Below the pieces are notes generated by a model that was not told the origin of the DNA, did no database searches, and saw nothing but the letters and a program-made list of their open reading frames with translations. This document shows, piece after piece, positions 52,711 to 64,000 of a stretch of DNA of 64,000 bases. A program made the translations under genes and the position numbers. Numbering within the stretch: position 1 is the stretch's first letter; every line of letters starts with the position of its first letter. This DNA comes from Octopus vulgaris (Eukaryota): NCBI GenBank assembly GCA_951406725.2, contig OX597814.1, forward strand, positions 121,148,001-121,212,000, read 5' to 3'.

Positions 52711-53107
52711 GGTGTGTCCATGTATGTGAATGTGCATGTTTATTTTTTGTGAGTTTGCAGTTATGTAAACACTGTCTTTTATTCAGGCGTACGTATGCTG
52801 CGAAAAATCCAATAAAACATCCACATCTGTTTTACTGGCTGTCATGGCATGTTTGTATATCTGCCTAAAATAGTCTTGAGAAAAACGCTGCAAATACAAT
52901 AAGTGAATGAAGAAATGGAGACAAGATCAACCGTTGTTGATTTAACCCTTTAAAAAAATATAATTTGAATATAATGCACAAAATACCAACATAAAACTTC
53001 CCCATAGGCGCAACTCATACACACGCAATACATATAAACACATCACATACACACACAAATACACACAAACACACACACATATATATATATAATATACATT
53101 TATATAT

Positions 53108-53262
53108 ATCAAAATAAGCAACAAGGATATCTGCATTTCCTCTGGATATCCTTGTTGCGTATTTTGATTTTAATCACCTTATTTTGAAATTGTATGGATA
53201 ATACCGTATTAAATTCTGGTGCCTCAACTTAAGAACCATATTCATCTGAATCTAAATCTTTA
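53108..53262. mobile_element. Collapsed fold-back copy of the 43308/47578 family
   Basis: Arms atcaaaataagcaacaaggatatc / gatatccttgttgcgtattttgat. Shared tail ggtgcctcaacttaagaaccatattcatctgaatct. Confidence 0.6.
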
Positions 53263-55334
53263 CATTGATATATATACATATATATATATATATTCCTATA
53301 CATTATATATATATGTAGAGATATAGATATATATCATATACATGTGTGTGTGTGTTTGTGTGCGTACGTCTCTTTTGCCGTTCTATCTAGAAACGTTTTA
53401 AAAAATATAGTATTTGGGATGGGAACATTTGGACACCAGCGATTTCGAAACAAAATATCACATGATACGTAACAAAAATATAACATTGAACTGCCATTCT
53501 TTCAGATAGATATTTCATCTAGATTTCTGACGTTCAATATTAAATCTGTGCTGCTAATAACTCCATGAAAAAATGAGCCAACTTTGATGGAGACTCGTAG
53601 TAATTAAGTGTCATGTTTCCGCTGTATTACACACAAGCCTTCTCAATCTGGCAAAGCATAAATAAGAAAATAAATACAAAATATAACAACATTCTTTTAC
53701 AGATAAATTAAGTGATATCTATGCTACTCCAATGAACTGTTAAAACTTTCTCCTTGAAATTGCATCGTCATTGTCATTGGAAGAAATGAACAAATTTATA
53801 AATATTTCCTCTCCATAAGTGTGTGTATGTGTGTATATGTGTATGTGTGTATGTGTGTATGTTTGTGTGTACTTTCGATGAGACAGCATGTTCTGTTAAC
53901 AATTTATACTTTAACCCCATTTCTCGTAAATCGTAGGATTTGTCCCACATTATTCCATCGTCATATCATTCACATTTATACCTGCCATTGCTATTTCTCA
54001 CAAGAAAATCAGGTGTCTTGGGATTTTTGTCATCGTAAGCCCTTAAAGCAGAAGTAATATTAAGGGGGATATTTGTCGGGTATCTCAACTGCATCTCTAT
54101 CTTGAAAAGGCCTATAAAGCCAAGTATCAGTTAATTATATCGAACTCAGGATTGAATAGTAATTTATTTTATCGATCCTGAAGTGATGAAAGGCATATTT
54201 GAACTCAGAAGGATTTACAATTAGAATATAAAAGGCTTTACTATATACCACAAGACATTTCGTTCAACTTTATACTAAGTCTTTAAATTAACAATAGGAT
54301 TATTGAATGAACATAGAAAACTATTGTATTATAACCAGAATACATCTTTAATATATGCAAATGATTTCTTTCATATCTTACAGAGGTTTGTATTTGCTTC
54401 ATATTCAGTAACATTTATGGTCATACCACACATTATAGTGAATGAATTAGAATTCCAATCTTCGCATTACTGTATTCAATGCGAAAACTTTAACATCTGC
54501 ATCTTCATCTACATCAAACGCTTTTAATACATTATTCGATTGTCGTTATAATCAGACAAAGTTTCTAAAGATTTCTCGAAAGAAATTATCAGTGATATTG
54601 TTGAGGATTTACAATAAATTATATTTGATGAAATAAATGATATTAAATCGTATCACGATTATTGATTTCATTTAAATTTTGTTTGTATCATTATTATTAC
54701 ACAGCAGAATGGGAGAGCTGATAGCATAACAATAGGCTGTCGGTATAAAACATTTTATCGCCGTTACCAAACCCCCTTTATATTCTATGCTGAAATAGCG
54801 TTGAGGACGTGTTTACCTGTCAATTTTCACGCCTACTACGCCTGCAAATGTGTTAGTTTTTTAAACCACCTCAGCGAGATATATATGGAATATTCGGCAG
54901 CGATATTGCTTTCAGTTGCCTAATTATTGAGAGATATTCTAATAAAATCTATTTACGAATTGCCGACCTAACACCTGATTAATTCAAATTCACGTCTACT
55001 TTGATGATGTCTAACAATAAATAAATATGTCTAAGGTTGCTTTACCGAGTGTATAATCTACTTCAAATCTGGGATTATCTTACATGTCTCTTTTGAGAAT
55101 TGACTCTGAAGCAACAGCGACTTCATCATATTACATGTAAAATTTCAGCTCAAAATTATACACACAATCTGATAAAAGTTATTCACTACATAAGTACATT
55201 GTCTTCCATTTTACACAAACACAGACACACACACACATACATACACACACATGCACATACACATATATATCTATATATATACAATTACACACATAAACAT
55301 ACACACGAACACAAATATATGTATATATACTTTT

Positions 55335-55585
55335 ATTCTTTTTCTTTTACATGTTTCAGTTATTTGACTGTAGCCATGCTGGAACACCTCCTTTGGTCGA
55401 ACAAATGGACTCCAGTACTTACTCTTTGCAAGCTTAGTACTTATTCTCTCGGTATCTTCTGCCGAACCGCTGTTGCGGAGACGTAAACACGCCAACATCG
55501 GTTGTCAAGCGATGGTGGATGAACAAACACAGACACACACAAACATAAATGCACACATACATACACACACACATACACACACACA

Positions 55586-55634
<49 letters not shown>

Positions 55635-55777
55635 GAGAGGATTCTTTTAGTTTCCGTTAACCAAATTCACTCACACGGCTTTGGTCGGCCCGAGGCTGTA
55701 ATATAAGAAATTATCCTAGTGGGCAGTGGAACGAAACCTTGAACCATGTAGTTTGGAAGCAAGCTTCCTACCACATA
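55335..55777 (-). mobile_element. SINE family A copy
   Basis: tttgactgtagccatgctggaacacc...ggctttggtcggcccgaggct...gcaagcttcctaccacatag. Confidence 0.8.
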
Positions 55778-56332
55778 GTCATACCTATATATATGTATAT
55801 AGGTGTGTTTGCATGTGTATGTGTGTGTGCGTATACGTGTGGGGTGAGGTTGAATGTGGTTGTGTGCGTGATTGCGAGTGTGCATTTATACGCCAAGAAT
55901 TTTTGTTGTAAATCATTTAACATATTGGTGTTTGCTTCTGTCATTGAAATACAATGAACAGATCACTTCGAGCCTTTCCCTGAACTCATTTTCCTTTAAA
56001 TTAAGAAACTTACTAAGACCATAACCGATGTAAATGTATTTAAAGTCCTTTGACTGTCAGTGATAAGGTGGGACTCTTATTGAACTCATTGATGAAGCTC
56101 ATTGATACACACGTGTCTAACACTATCCTGTGCGAGCAATAACGATGTCCTTTTTCTTTAATGGCATGTCAGTTTTAGCTAAAAATCTTGTCCCTCCTTC
56201 TCAAGTGAAGCTTGTCATAATTACCATTTGGCGATTATATTTCATCCTCTAAAAGCGGAAATGATTTTTAAATATGAAGAAAATTCCTTGCAAGGTACTT
56301 AATATAGCGGTGTTTCTCTCATGCACTCTGTT

Positions 56333-56363
<31 letters not shown>

Positions 56364-56704
56364 GGGGTGGGGCAACAAAGCCAAGCCAAGATGTGTGGAA
56401 TTATAAGAAGAAAGTTAGTCATACAACAGTTTCTGAGGTATTAGGGATATTCCTTTATATGAGATGATGTGATATGGTTAAATAGAAGTAAAATATAGAG
56501 TTCAGTATAAGGAGTTATTTTGGAAAAGGATGGAAATAAGAAGAATAAAGGGAAAGAAGAGAATAAAAGTAACAATAAAAAATAAAGAAATAAAAATACA
56601 ATAGTATGTTATAGGCGCAGATCCATTATCCAAGGAAAATGGTGTATGGAAGTGGCAGAAATGGTTCTTCACACACAGAAATGCACACACACACACTCAC
56701 AGAT

Positions 56705-56705
56705 T

Positions 56706-56784
<79 letters not shown>

Positions 56785-56875
56785 GTAGGTAGGTAGGTAG
56801 GTAGGTAGGTATGTGGATAGATAGCAAGATAGATAGATATGTAGATAGATAGATAGATAGATAGATAGATGGATG

Positions 56876-56958
<83 letters not shown>
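56705..56958. repeat. (AGAT)n/(AGGT)n compound microsatellite
   Basis: Direct reading. Confidence 0.95.
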
Positions 56959-56961
<3 letters not shown>

Positions 56962-57354
56962 TGAGGTGACATGGCAATCAATTAACTAAAATAGATAAAT
57001 GGTATTGTAACACCTCTCATCACATTTCGAAGACATAATCATCAAGATTTTGGTGCATTCAATGGAATCTACCATTAGTCTTGGGAGCGCTATTGGTTGG
57101 GAATAACACTGAGAAGAGGGAAAGAACAATAAAATATCTGAAGTGTTAAATGATGAAATATTGCACAAAGTAAAACTTAGAGTAATACAGTTTGAGGGAA
57201 ATGCAAATGAAACATAGACGTTGCCTTTCGTGGGGAATTGAGAGACACAGAAACACTTGTAAACGAGACACAGTTGCGATAATAAAAAAAGAGTGCTTAA
57301 AGAAAATTAAAATGTCATAATGGGACAGAGCAAAGGGTAAATTATTATTGTCAA

Positions 57355-57425
57355 TGCCCCCTTTTAAAGCCTAGCCAGGCTCATGGGCCCGGTTTTCCAG
57401 TTTCTATGGTGTATGTGTTCCCCGA
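57355..57425 (-). mobile_element. SINE family C tail fragment
   Basis: gccccccttttaaagcctagccaggctcatgggcccggttttcc. Confidence 0.7.
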
Positions 57426-57936
57426 GCCAATCGTGCATAAACACAGAAATTAGAAGATGGGAGGAGAGAGGAAGGTAAAAATGCCGATGGGAAAATAAAT
57501 TGTGGTGGCAATGAGAAATAAGCATCTACTAAAAAGAATAGAAATATATATGTGCGTAAACGCGTAAGTCGATAGAAAGTGAATCAGTAACCTTCCTATA
57601 CATCACTTTTGTCTTTTATATATCTCGCACACTTGAATGATTTTTATAGAATTATATCTCAGGCAGCAGTTTTTTCACTACTGGATGGAGCACCAATCCT
57701 TATTTTGATTTTAGACCACGAAATGCTATGTAACTGAATTTCCGTTACGTGGTCAGGAGGTAAGAAATAATCATCTGCAAAATTTGAATTCAAAAAGATA
57801 TCGGTCTGAAGAAAACCCCCGAAACAGATGTTCCGCCGACCTAGTTCTGGCAATCCGCTACTATGCACTAGTAAGTTTTATATCCATGAGGGAAGTATGG
57901 AAAGTATTATTAGCTGACACTTTCAATTCGCTACCT

Positions 57937-58008
<72 letters not shown>

Positions 58009-58157
58009 ATACATACATGCATATATATATATATATATATATAATTAATTAATATTAGGGAATTTATTTCCGAGTCCACAGGGGGGTAATACTATAACGA
58101 ATTTCTCACTGTATTTTATATATATATATATATATACATATATACATATATACACAT

Positions 58158-58272
58158 ATACGACAGGCTTCTTTCAGTTTGCATCTACCAACACCACTCA
58201 CAAGGCTTTGGTCGGCCCGAGGCTATAGTAGAAGACACTCACCCATGGTGCCACGCAGTGAGACTGAACCCA
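58158..58272 (-). mobile_element. SINE family A fragment
   Basis: cttctttcagtttgcatctacc...ggtcggcccgaggctatagtagaagacact...ctgaaccc. Confidence 0.8.
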
Positions 58273-58789
58273 GGGCGGATACTTATGCTAACGAAGTAGA
58301 CTCAAGTAAATACATGTAAAACAATTACCGAAAGGTGCTTAAGAAAATTTACTCACAGAAATTATCATCTGGAATCCCACCTATGGTCCACAATGGGGAA
58401 GTCTAAGTCCTGCAGTCTCTATAAATAGCCAGTCACAATTTGGAGTGAGATCAGGAGTTAGAACCTATATAAAGGATATGTCAATAAAATATACAAGAAA
58501 AGAAGTTCCGGGGTAGAAGTCAATGATATAATTGCTGCGGGGCCGCTTATGTCCTTCAGCATCTTAACGTTATAACTTGCATGAGGGAACAATGAAAAGA
58601 GTGAAAAGAGTAAGAATCCGCGGGTTGAGGTTAAGAGGAGGTAACTGGTATAAGTAATTCAGCAATTTAATTAAGGCTACTAGGAAATGAAATACCTCGT
58701 GTATTTACCTTTTAGATAATATGTATAAAGAATTCTCTGAACTTGGGGGAGGCCTATACAAATGCGACGCACTTTTCCTTATTTAAGCA

Positions 58790-59395
58790 TCTCCTATAGA
58801 CGCCTTGTTACACTGCCTGTTGAGGAAGAAATAAGTGAGGTGGAACTACAGAACAAGACAGGCATCAGTGACGAGGAGGAATTGTCGAATACCGGATGGG
58901 AAATGGTGAAGAAAAAGAGCAGAAAGCGGTGGGAAAAGATAGACAATGTAAAAGATTACCCCCTGCCCACACCCGCCTGGCCCTCACCCACACCAACCAC
59001 TCCCTTATGACACCAACCCTCCCCATGCCCAGTCTGACAAAAATACTATTGCAAATACACAAGAGCCTTGTAATGAAAACTTCGTATTAATGCACAACGG
59101 ACAGATTGAGGAACTGGATAATGAAGTAAATTCGTGGGACGGAATAGTCAATATGGATATAGCAGGTTTAAGGTGTCTACCCGAGACGGATCTGGAGAAC
59201 GTGTGGAATGTGCATAGGTATATAAAAAACTGTGACTGTGAGTGGTAGTCTAAACAAATGAACAGCAGCACAATGCCGAAAAGTATAAGGTACGTGTACA
59301 TTTAAAAAAATAGACATTGTGGAAAAAGATATTGATTAGCTATTGTGTAAATAATTGTGTTTAAATCGTTTATCAAATTGGCTGTTCCAAAGGGT
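58790..59395 (+). mobile_element. L1/Tx1-type ORF1-only element, unit 1 (C-terminal part)
   Basis: EVELQNKTGISDEEELSNTGWEMV is homologous to DVALQRKTGTSVEEEESNTSWVIV in unit 2. Similarity continues to about 59390. Confidence 0.65.
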
Positions 59396-59399
59396 AATG

Positions 59400-61136
59400 T
59401 AAATTGTGTTGCTACAGGTTCAATGAGATCGCTCCGTGATTCATTTGTTTCGTTGGATTTCTAGGAGATAGATGTGTTGTTTTGGCTGTGCGACGTTTTT
59501 CCTCTTGAGCAATGGAGGAGCATCGAGTGAGGAGTTGCGGGTGTTCTGTGTCAAACGTGGAAAGCTGCCCTTCCTCGGACTATGTGTCGTCTGAGGAAGA
59601 AATAGTAGAGTGCCTGAAGAAAATAGACAAGACTATGGAAGAAAGAAGTTATGCTGCAGCGACGGAAGAAAAGTGCGAAGACATAAGGTTTGAGGATGTA
59701 AGCAAGTTTAAAGGAATGCTTGATGGGAGGGGAACCAAGAGAAGGTATTCCCCGCCAAAGAAGTTTAGAAGGAAGTAGAAGAAAGAACGGTAATTTATAG
59801 AACGTACTCCGTGGCAGCCAGAAAAATTGAGAATATGTCGACAGTACAAATAGAAAAGGCGTTGAGACCAGTCTGGCAAGGGATTTCGTACCTTGCCAGA
59901 GGAAAGAAATTTGGAACGGTAGTAGTGCGGTTTGGAAATGTAGCTACCCCAATGCACTCAGCAACACCGCTGAAATCGAATGAGGTAGTTCTACCCGTTT
60001 ACCTTGGGAGACATGGTTCCAGGTTTAGGGTGGAGAAAATATCTCCAGAGGCGGATGTAGCCTGGCAGGTGGCTGGTGGCTGCTATACTGCTAGGAATGG
60101 AGGAGAAGGTGATGGTCCTACAGTTTACCACAACACCTCATAGGAACTGGCAGGGACACACCCTTGATATGGTGGTGCAAATCGTGGAGGAGACTATCGA
60201 AAAAATGGTCGAGAATATCACAGTGAAGGAGACGATATTAAAGGTCAGAGCAGAAGGGAAGATTACGCGATGCTATAAATGTGACATGAAAGGCCACATT
60301 AGAGCGGAGTGTCCTCCACTACAAGAAAGGGATAATGAGAGACAGAATGCAAAAGTGGTTGATACTCCACTGATCGTGGAGGAAGAAGAAAGAGATGTGG
60401 CATTACAGAGGAAGACAGGTACCAGCGTTGAAGAGGAGGAATCGAATACCAGCTGGGTGATAGTGGTAGAAGAGCAAGAAGAGGAGGAAGAATCACGCGT
60501 TGTGAAGGAGGATCCCAAGCCTACAACCATTTTACCCCAACCAGCCCTACAGACACCAGCCCTCTCCATGCCCCACCTAAGATGAAGACAAATACAAGCA
60601 CACACGAGTCCCAAATTTCCCCACCATCGCCCTTAAAAAATCATATTATATTGAACAATGGAGAAAACGAAGAACTGCATGACAAAATAAACTTGTGGGT
60701 CAATGCTATAAAAGTGGATGTATCAGGAGTGCAGGGGATGCCTGAGTACATTCGTTGTGTAGTGGCAGACCCAGAATATATGTCGGAATTGTAAAACTAT
60801 GAGGTAAATCAAGACTATAAATGTTGGGTCAAGAAATTAGACTCCGGCGTCATGCCGAAACAAGTAAGTTTTCAGAATATTTAAACACTTTATTAAGGAG
60901 ACATTCTTCGGAAGTATTCCAATTGGCTGTCGCTAAAAACGAAAGAAAAGGCATTATGAACTAGTTATTAAAAAATGGTTGTATTAATAGTTTCGATGAA
61001 GTCGCTAGCTGGAGCCGAACGGCTTCATTTCATCTTTCATTATATAAATTCATTCTTTTCATTCGTTTTTTCTTTTTGCCCCACCTTGTGCTTCCCCCAC
61101 TATGTAAGGCCTCCATGGGCAATTTCATAGAATAAA
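59400..61136 (+). mobile_element. L1/Tx1-type ORF1-only element, unit 2 (frameshifted gag-like ORF1 with CCHC knuckle, no ORF2)
   Basis: ORF pieces 59512-59778 (SYAAA), 59811-60143 (RGKKFGTVVVRF, RRM-like) and 60076-60585 (CYKCDMKGHIRAEC = CX2CX4HX4C). Ends in aataaa at 61131-61136 with no APE or RT in between. Confidence 0.7.
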
Positions 61137-61149
61137 GAAGCTTGCCTCC

Positions 61150-62524
61150 GGTTGAAGACTTCGGTCATATTTTTCTTTTTCTTTTTTTTTTTTGCTCTCT
61201 GGAAGTTGTCCTTTTTTTATTGTTGAAACTGTTATGTATTGTAAATTGTTGTTGAAAATTCATTGCTGAAAATTATTATTGTGAAATGTTTCCTGATTGC
61301 ACTCTTTGTTGGATTGGATTCTTCAACGGAGTGCACTTTTTAAATTTAGCCTTTGCAAGCATTGTTGAACTGCGCCTCACCCCTAAATGGGGGATGGGAT
61401 TTGAACTGTTGTTCCTATTGCGAGGAATTTATTTTTTGAACTGTGGAAACCTACAATTTTCTTTTCAGAAAAAAGAACTGTATTCAGCCGTTTTAGTCTC
61501 ATTACTTGAGCTGATCCCCTCCCCTTGGCGGGGATGGGATTTGAACTTACTGACTGCAAAATAATAATAATAATAAAATCTTGGAACTGTTCGTGCGGTG
61601 GAGATAATAAGAGAAGAATGCTCTCTTGATGAGTGTGAGGCTTTAAAGGCTAACCAGCCTACAAAACAAGTCTCCAAAGGCTTTGCGGCAGTCGCCGCCG
61701 TACAAATGGAGAGTCTGGAGATCCCACTGGAAAAACTCCAGGAAAAGTTTTTAAAAATTACAGAGGAGGAGGGTGAAGTAAAAATATCATCTCCCACCAA
61801 CACAACAGATGAGATTATTGAAAATGCCTGGCAACCTTATGGAAAGATATTAGCTATATACAAAAGGAAGGAAATTTGGCACAATAGAAGCCAGATTCAG
61901 AACAATAGAGATGGCCCGCTAGTAATCTGTCAACCCCTGGAAGCCAACAAAAGAAGTGGTGCTTCTGCTAACCTATATGAGGTGACGCACGTCCCGTGCC
62001 AGGGTTTCAGAGGTGCCGCCGGAGGTAGATTCCGCGTGGGTGATGGCCGCTCTATTGTTTAACAGGGAAGATAAATATAATATCCTGCAAGTATATTGGC
62101 TCGGGCAGAGCATTGCGGCCATCATTCATATCAGGAGTTGGTTATCTTCTTTAGTTACCACCTCGATAGCAAGTTCAGGCTGGAGAGGAGATACCTGTCA
62201 CAGGATATGTTCGTGAAAAGATGGAAGCAATTAGAGAACAAGCTGCGAGTGTCTACAACAAAGTAAGTGGGACCAGGAGGAAAAGTAAAGGTTCAAATCT
62301 GGCGGTTAGTTGACTTTCCTTCAGTCACACATTGCAACATTTTCAATGATTATCAAATTTATATAGAAATTTTGAAAAGAAAAATCTAATTTTTAACAGC
62401 ATAACATTTATATTGTATCATTCGAAACTTTCATTCGTAATAAGCAACTTCTTCCCCCTCTGTGTTTGTCTGTCCTTGTTTGTCCCGTCAATATACAGCT
62501 TCCATAGACAATTTATGAAATAAA
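61150..62524 (+). mobile_element. L1/Tx1-type ORF1-only element, unit 3 (diverged, internally deleted)
   Basis: Relics KGFAAVA, KGRKFGTIEARF and PPEVDSAWVMAALL match unit 2. The 3' tail is homologous to 61050-61136 and ends in aataaa. Confidence 0.65.
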
Positions 62525-62636
62525 GAAGCTTGCTTCCCAACAACTTGGTTCTGGGTTCAGTCCCACTGCGTAGCCCCTTAGGCAAGTGTCTTCTACTATA
62601 GCTTTGGGCCGACCAAAACTTTGTGAGCCCGTCGTG

Positions 62637-62720
<84 letters not shown>

Positions 62721-62910
62721 GTCCCCCACCATCGCTTGACAACAGATGTTGGTGTGTTAATGTCCCTGAAACTTAGTGGTTCGGCAGAAGTACCGATGGA
62801 ATAAGTACTAAATTTACAAAGAATAAGTCCTGGGGCGACTTCTTCGAATAAAGCCAGTGTTCCAGCATGGCCGCAGTCAAATGATTGAAACGTATAAAAG
62901 ATTAAAAGAG
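62525..62910 (+). mobile_element. SINE family A copy missing only the sequence up to the A box
   Basis: Starts gaagcttgcttcccaacaacttggttctgggttcagtcccactgcgt and continues through a normal tail. Confidence 0.88.
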
Positions 62911-64000
62911 TATATGTAATTGTGAAGAGACCCATATCAATACGAGATGCGAAATACTATGAATATGCACTGTACTGCGCTTAGAGTGGAGATAATTATA
63001 CATTAATTGTCGCTAATTTCACACCTTTAACTGGACCGAAGATCATGTAAGCTATACCGCTCTTTATAAAATAGTGGCCATAATCATAATTCAGTCGACT
63101 CCTGTTATGAAAGCGCGTTTCTTTTGTAGAAATATGAAGCTGAAACCATGGCTCTTCAAGCTGAATATTTAGACGAGTTGAGTTCCACATGTCGTTACAC
63201 ATGCATTAACGTGTACATATCGGCATTGAAATTGCACTTATATAATCATATGTTTGTAACTATCCTCGGTATTTTTCGTAGAGTGTGATAGAAAATAAAT
63301 ATATAAATAATTAGGTGACCAAAAATAGATTATATTTGAGCAGACCATTTGGCGCTGCAGGTATTTGAAATCTACACAGCAATGGTATTATGTAATATAT
63401 TCAGCCGTTCTGATAGTTGAACAGTCACAGTAGACTATAACATTAATAGAAACAGCATGGAAATACACGGTTACTATTGCTAAAAGTAGAAATTGGTTGT
63501 CGTTGCCTATCATATATGAATTACTAATTAGTTATATGAAATGCAAAAGTATTCTGAGATATATCGTCTTGAATATACAAAAGACTTAAGATTTATATAG
63601 AGAGAATGGCATAAGAATATTGGCAGTAAGTCTCAGACTTGGTGGAAATAATTGGAAAATCGAAAACTATCATAAAACATTGCCAAACATTGCCTGTAAG
63701 CAATAAAATACAAATTTTCCTGTACAGCGTGTTAAAAAGTATTGTGCGCCAGGAAAAGCAGTACATTCAATTAATAGGTGTGCATGTTTTCTAAATTTAT
63801 GATTGCCCTGGACAAAAATGTTCATAATTGAAGAAGACACAGACGTACATTTTAAACTTTTCTATTTTGGAGTGAATTTTCATTAATTTCGGGGGTTTGT
63901 GTGGGGAAAGAGTGTAAACTATTTTAAAATTTGTTTATAATTAAATGTAACTAAGGGATATAGGTACGATAATTTTTTATATTAGAAAAGTCAATACGGA

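Noticed and set aside
57663-57759. Exon-like segment with AG and GTAAGA
   Set aside because: Stops in all three frames. It could be non-coding but is unsupported without transcript data.
63130-63290. Exon-like segment KYEAETMALQAEYLDE after ttcttttgtag
   Set aside because: No good donor site and the peptide is not recognised.

Overview
This is AT-rich eukaryotic, repeat-dominated DNA. The microsatellite load and SINE families are most consistent with an octopus/cephalopod genome (inference). No intact host protein-coding gene is recognisable, and most listed ORFs are microsatellite or SINE artefacts. Content: (1) three R4/Dong-clade non-LTR retrotransposons, two stacked in (TAA)n; (2) RTE and CR1-type LINE relics, including an RTE 3' end with three C2H2 zinc fingers; (3) a mariner relic and non-autonomous Helitrons; (4) three main tRNA-derived SINE families; (5) about ten hammerhead-ribozyme-like motifs in small Penelope-type elements, several arranged as fold-back inverted repeats in (TA)n; (6) a candidate, possibly bidirectional, Pol II promoter near 30.6-30.8 kb; (7) a tandem array of L1/Tx1-type ORF1-only elements at 58.8-62.5 kb. 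Two units of that array end at the same 13-nt sequence of a SINE tRNA-like head and share their 3' tail with another SINE family. The last item and the hammerhead fold-backs are the most interesting observations. All assignments come from reading the sequence by eye, and boundaries of degraded elements are approximate.
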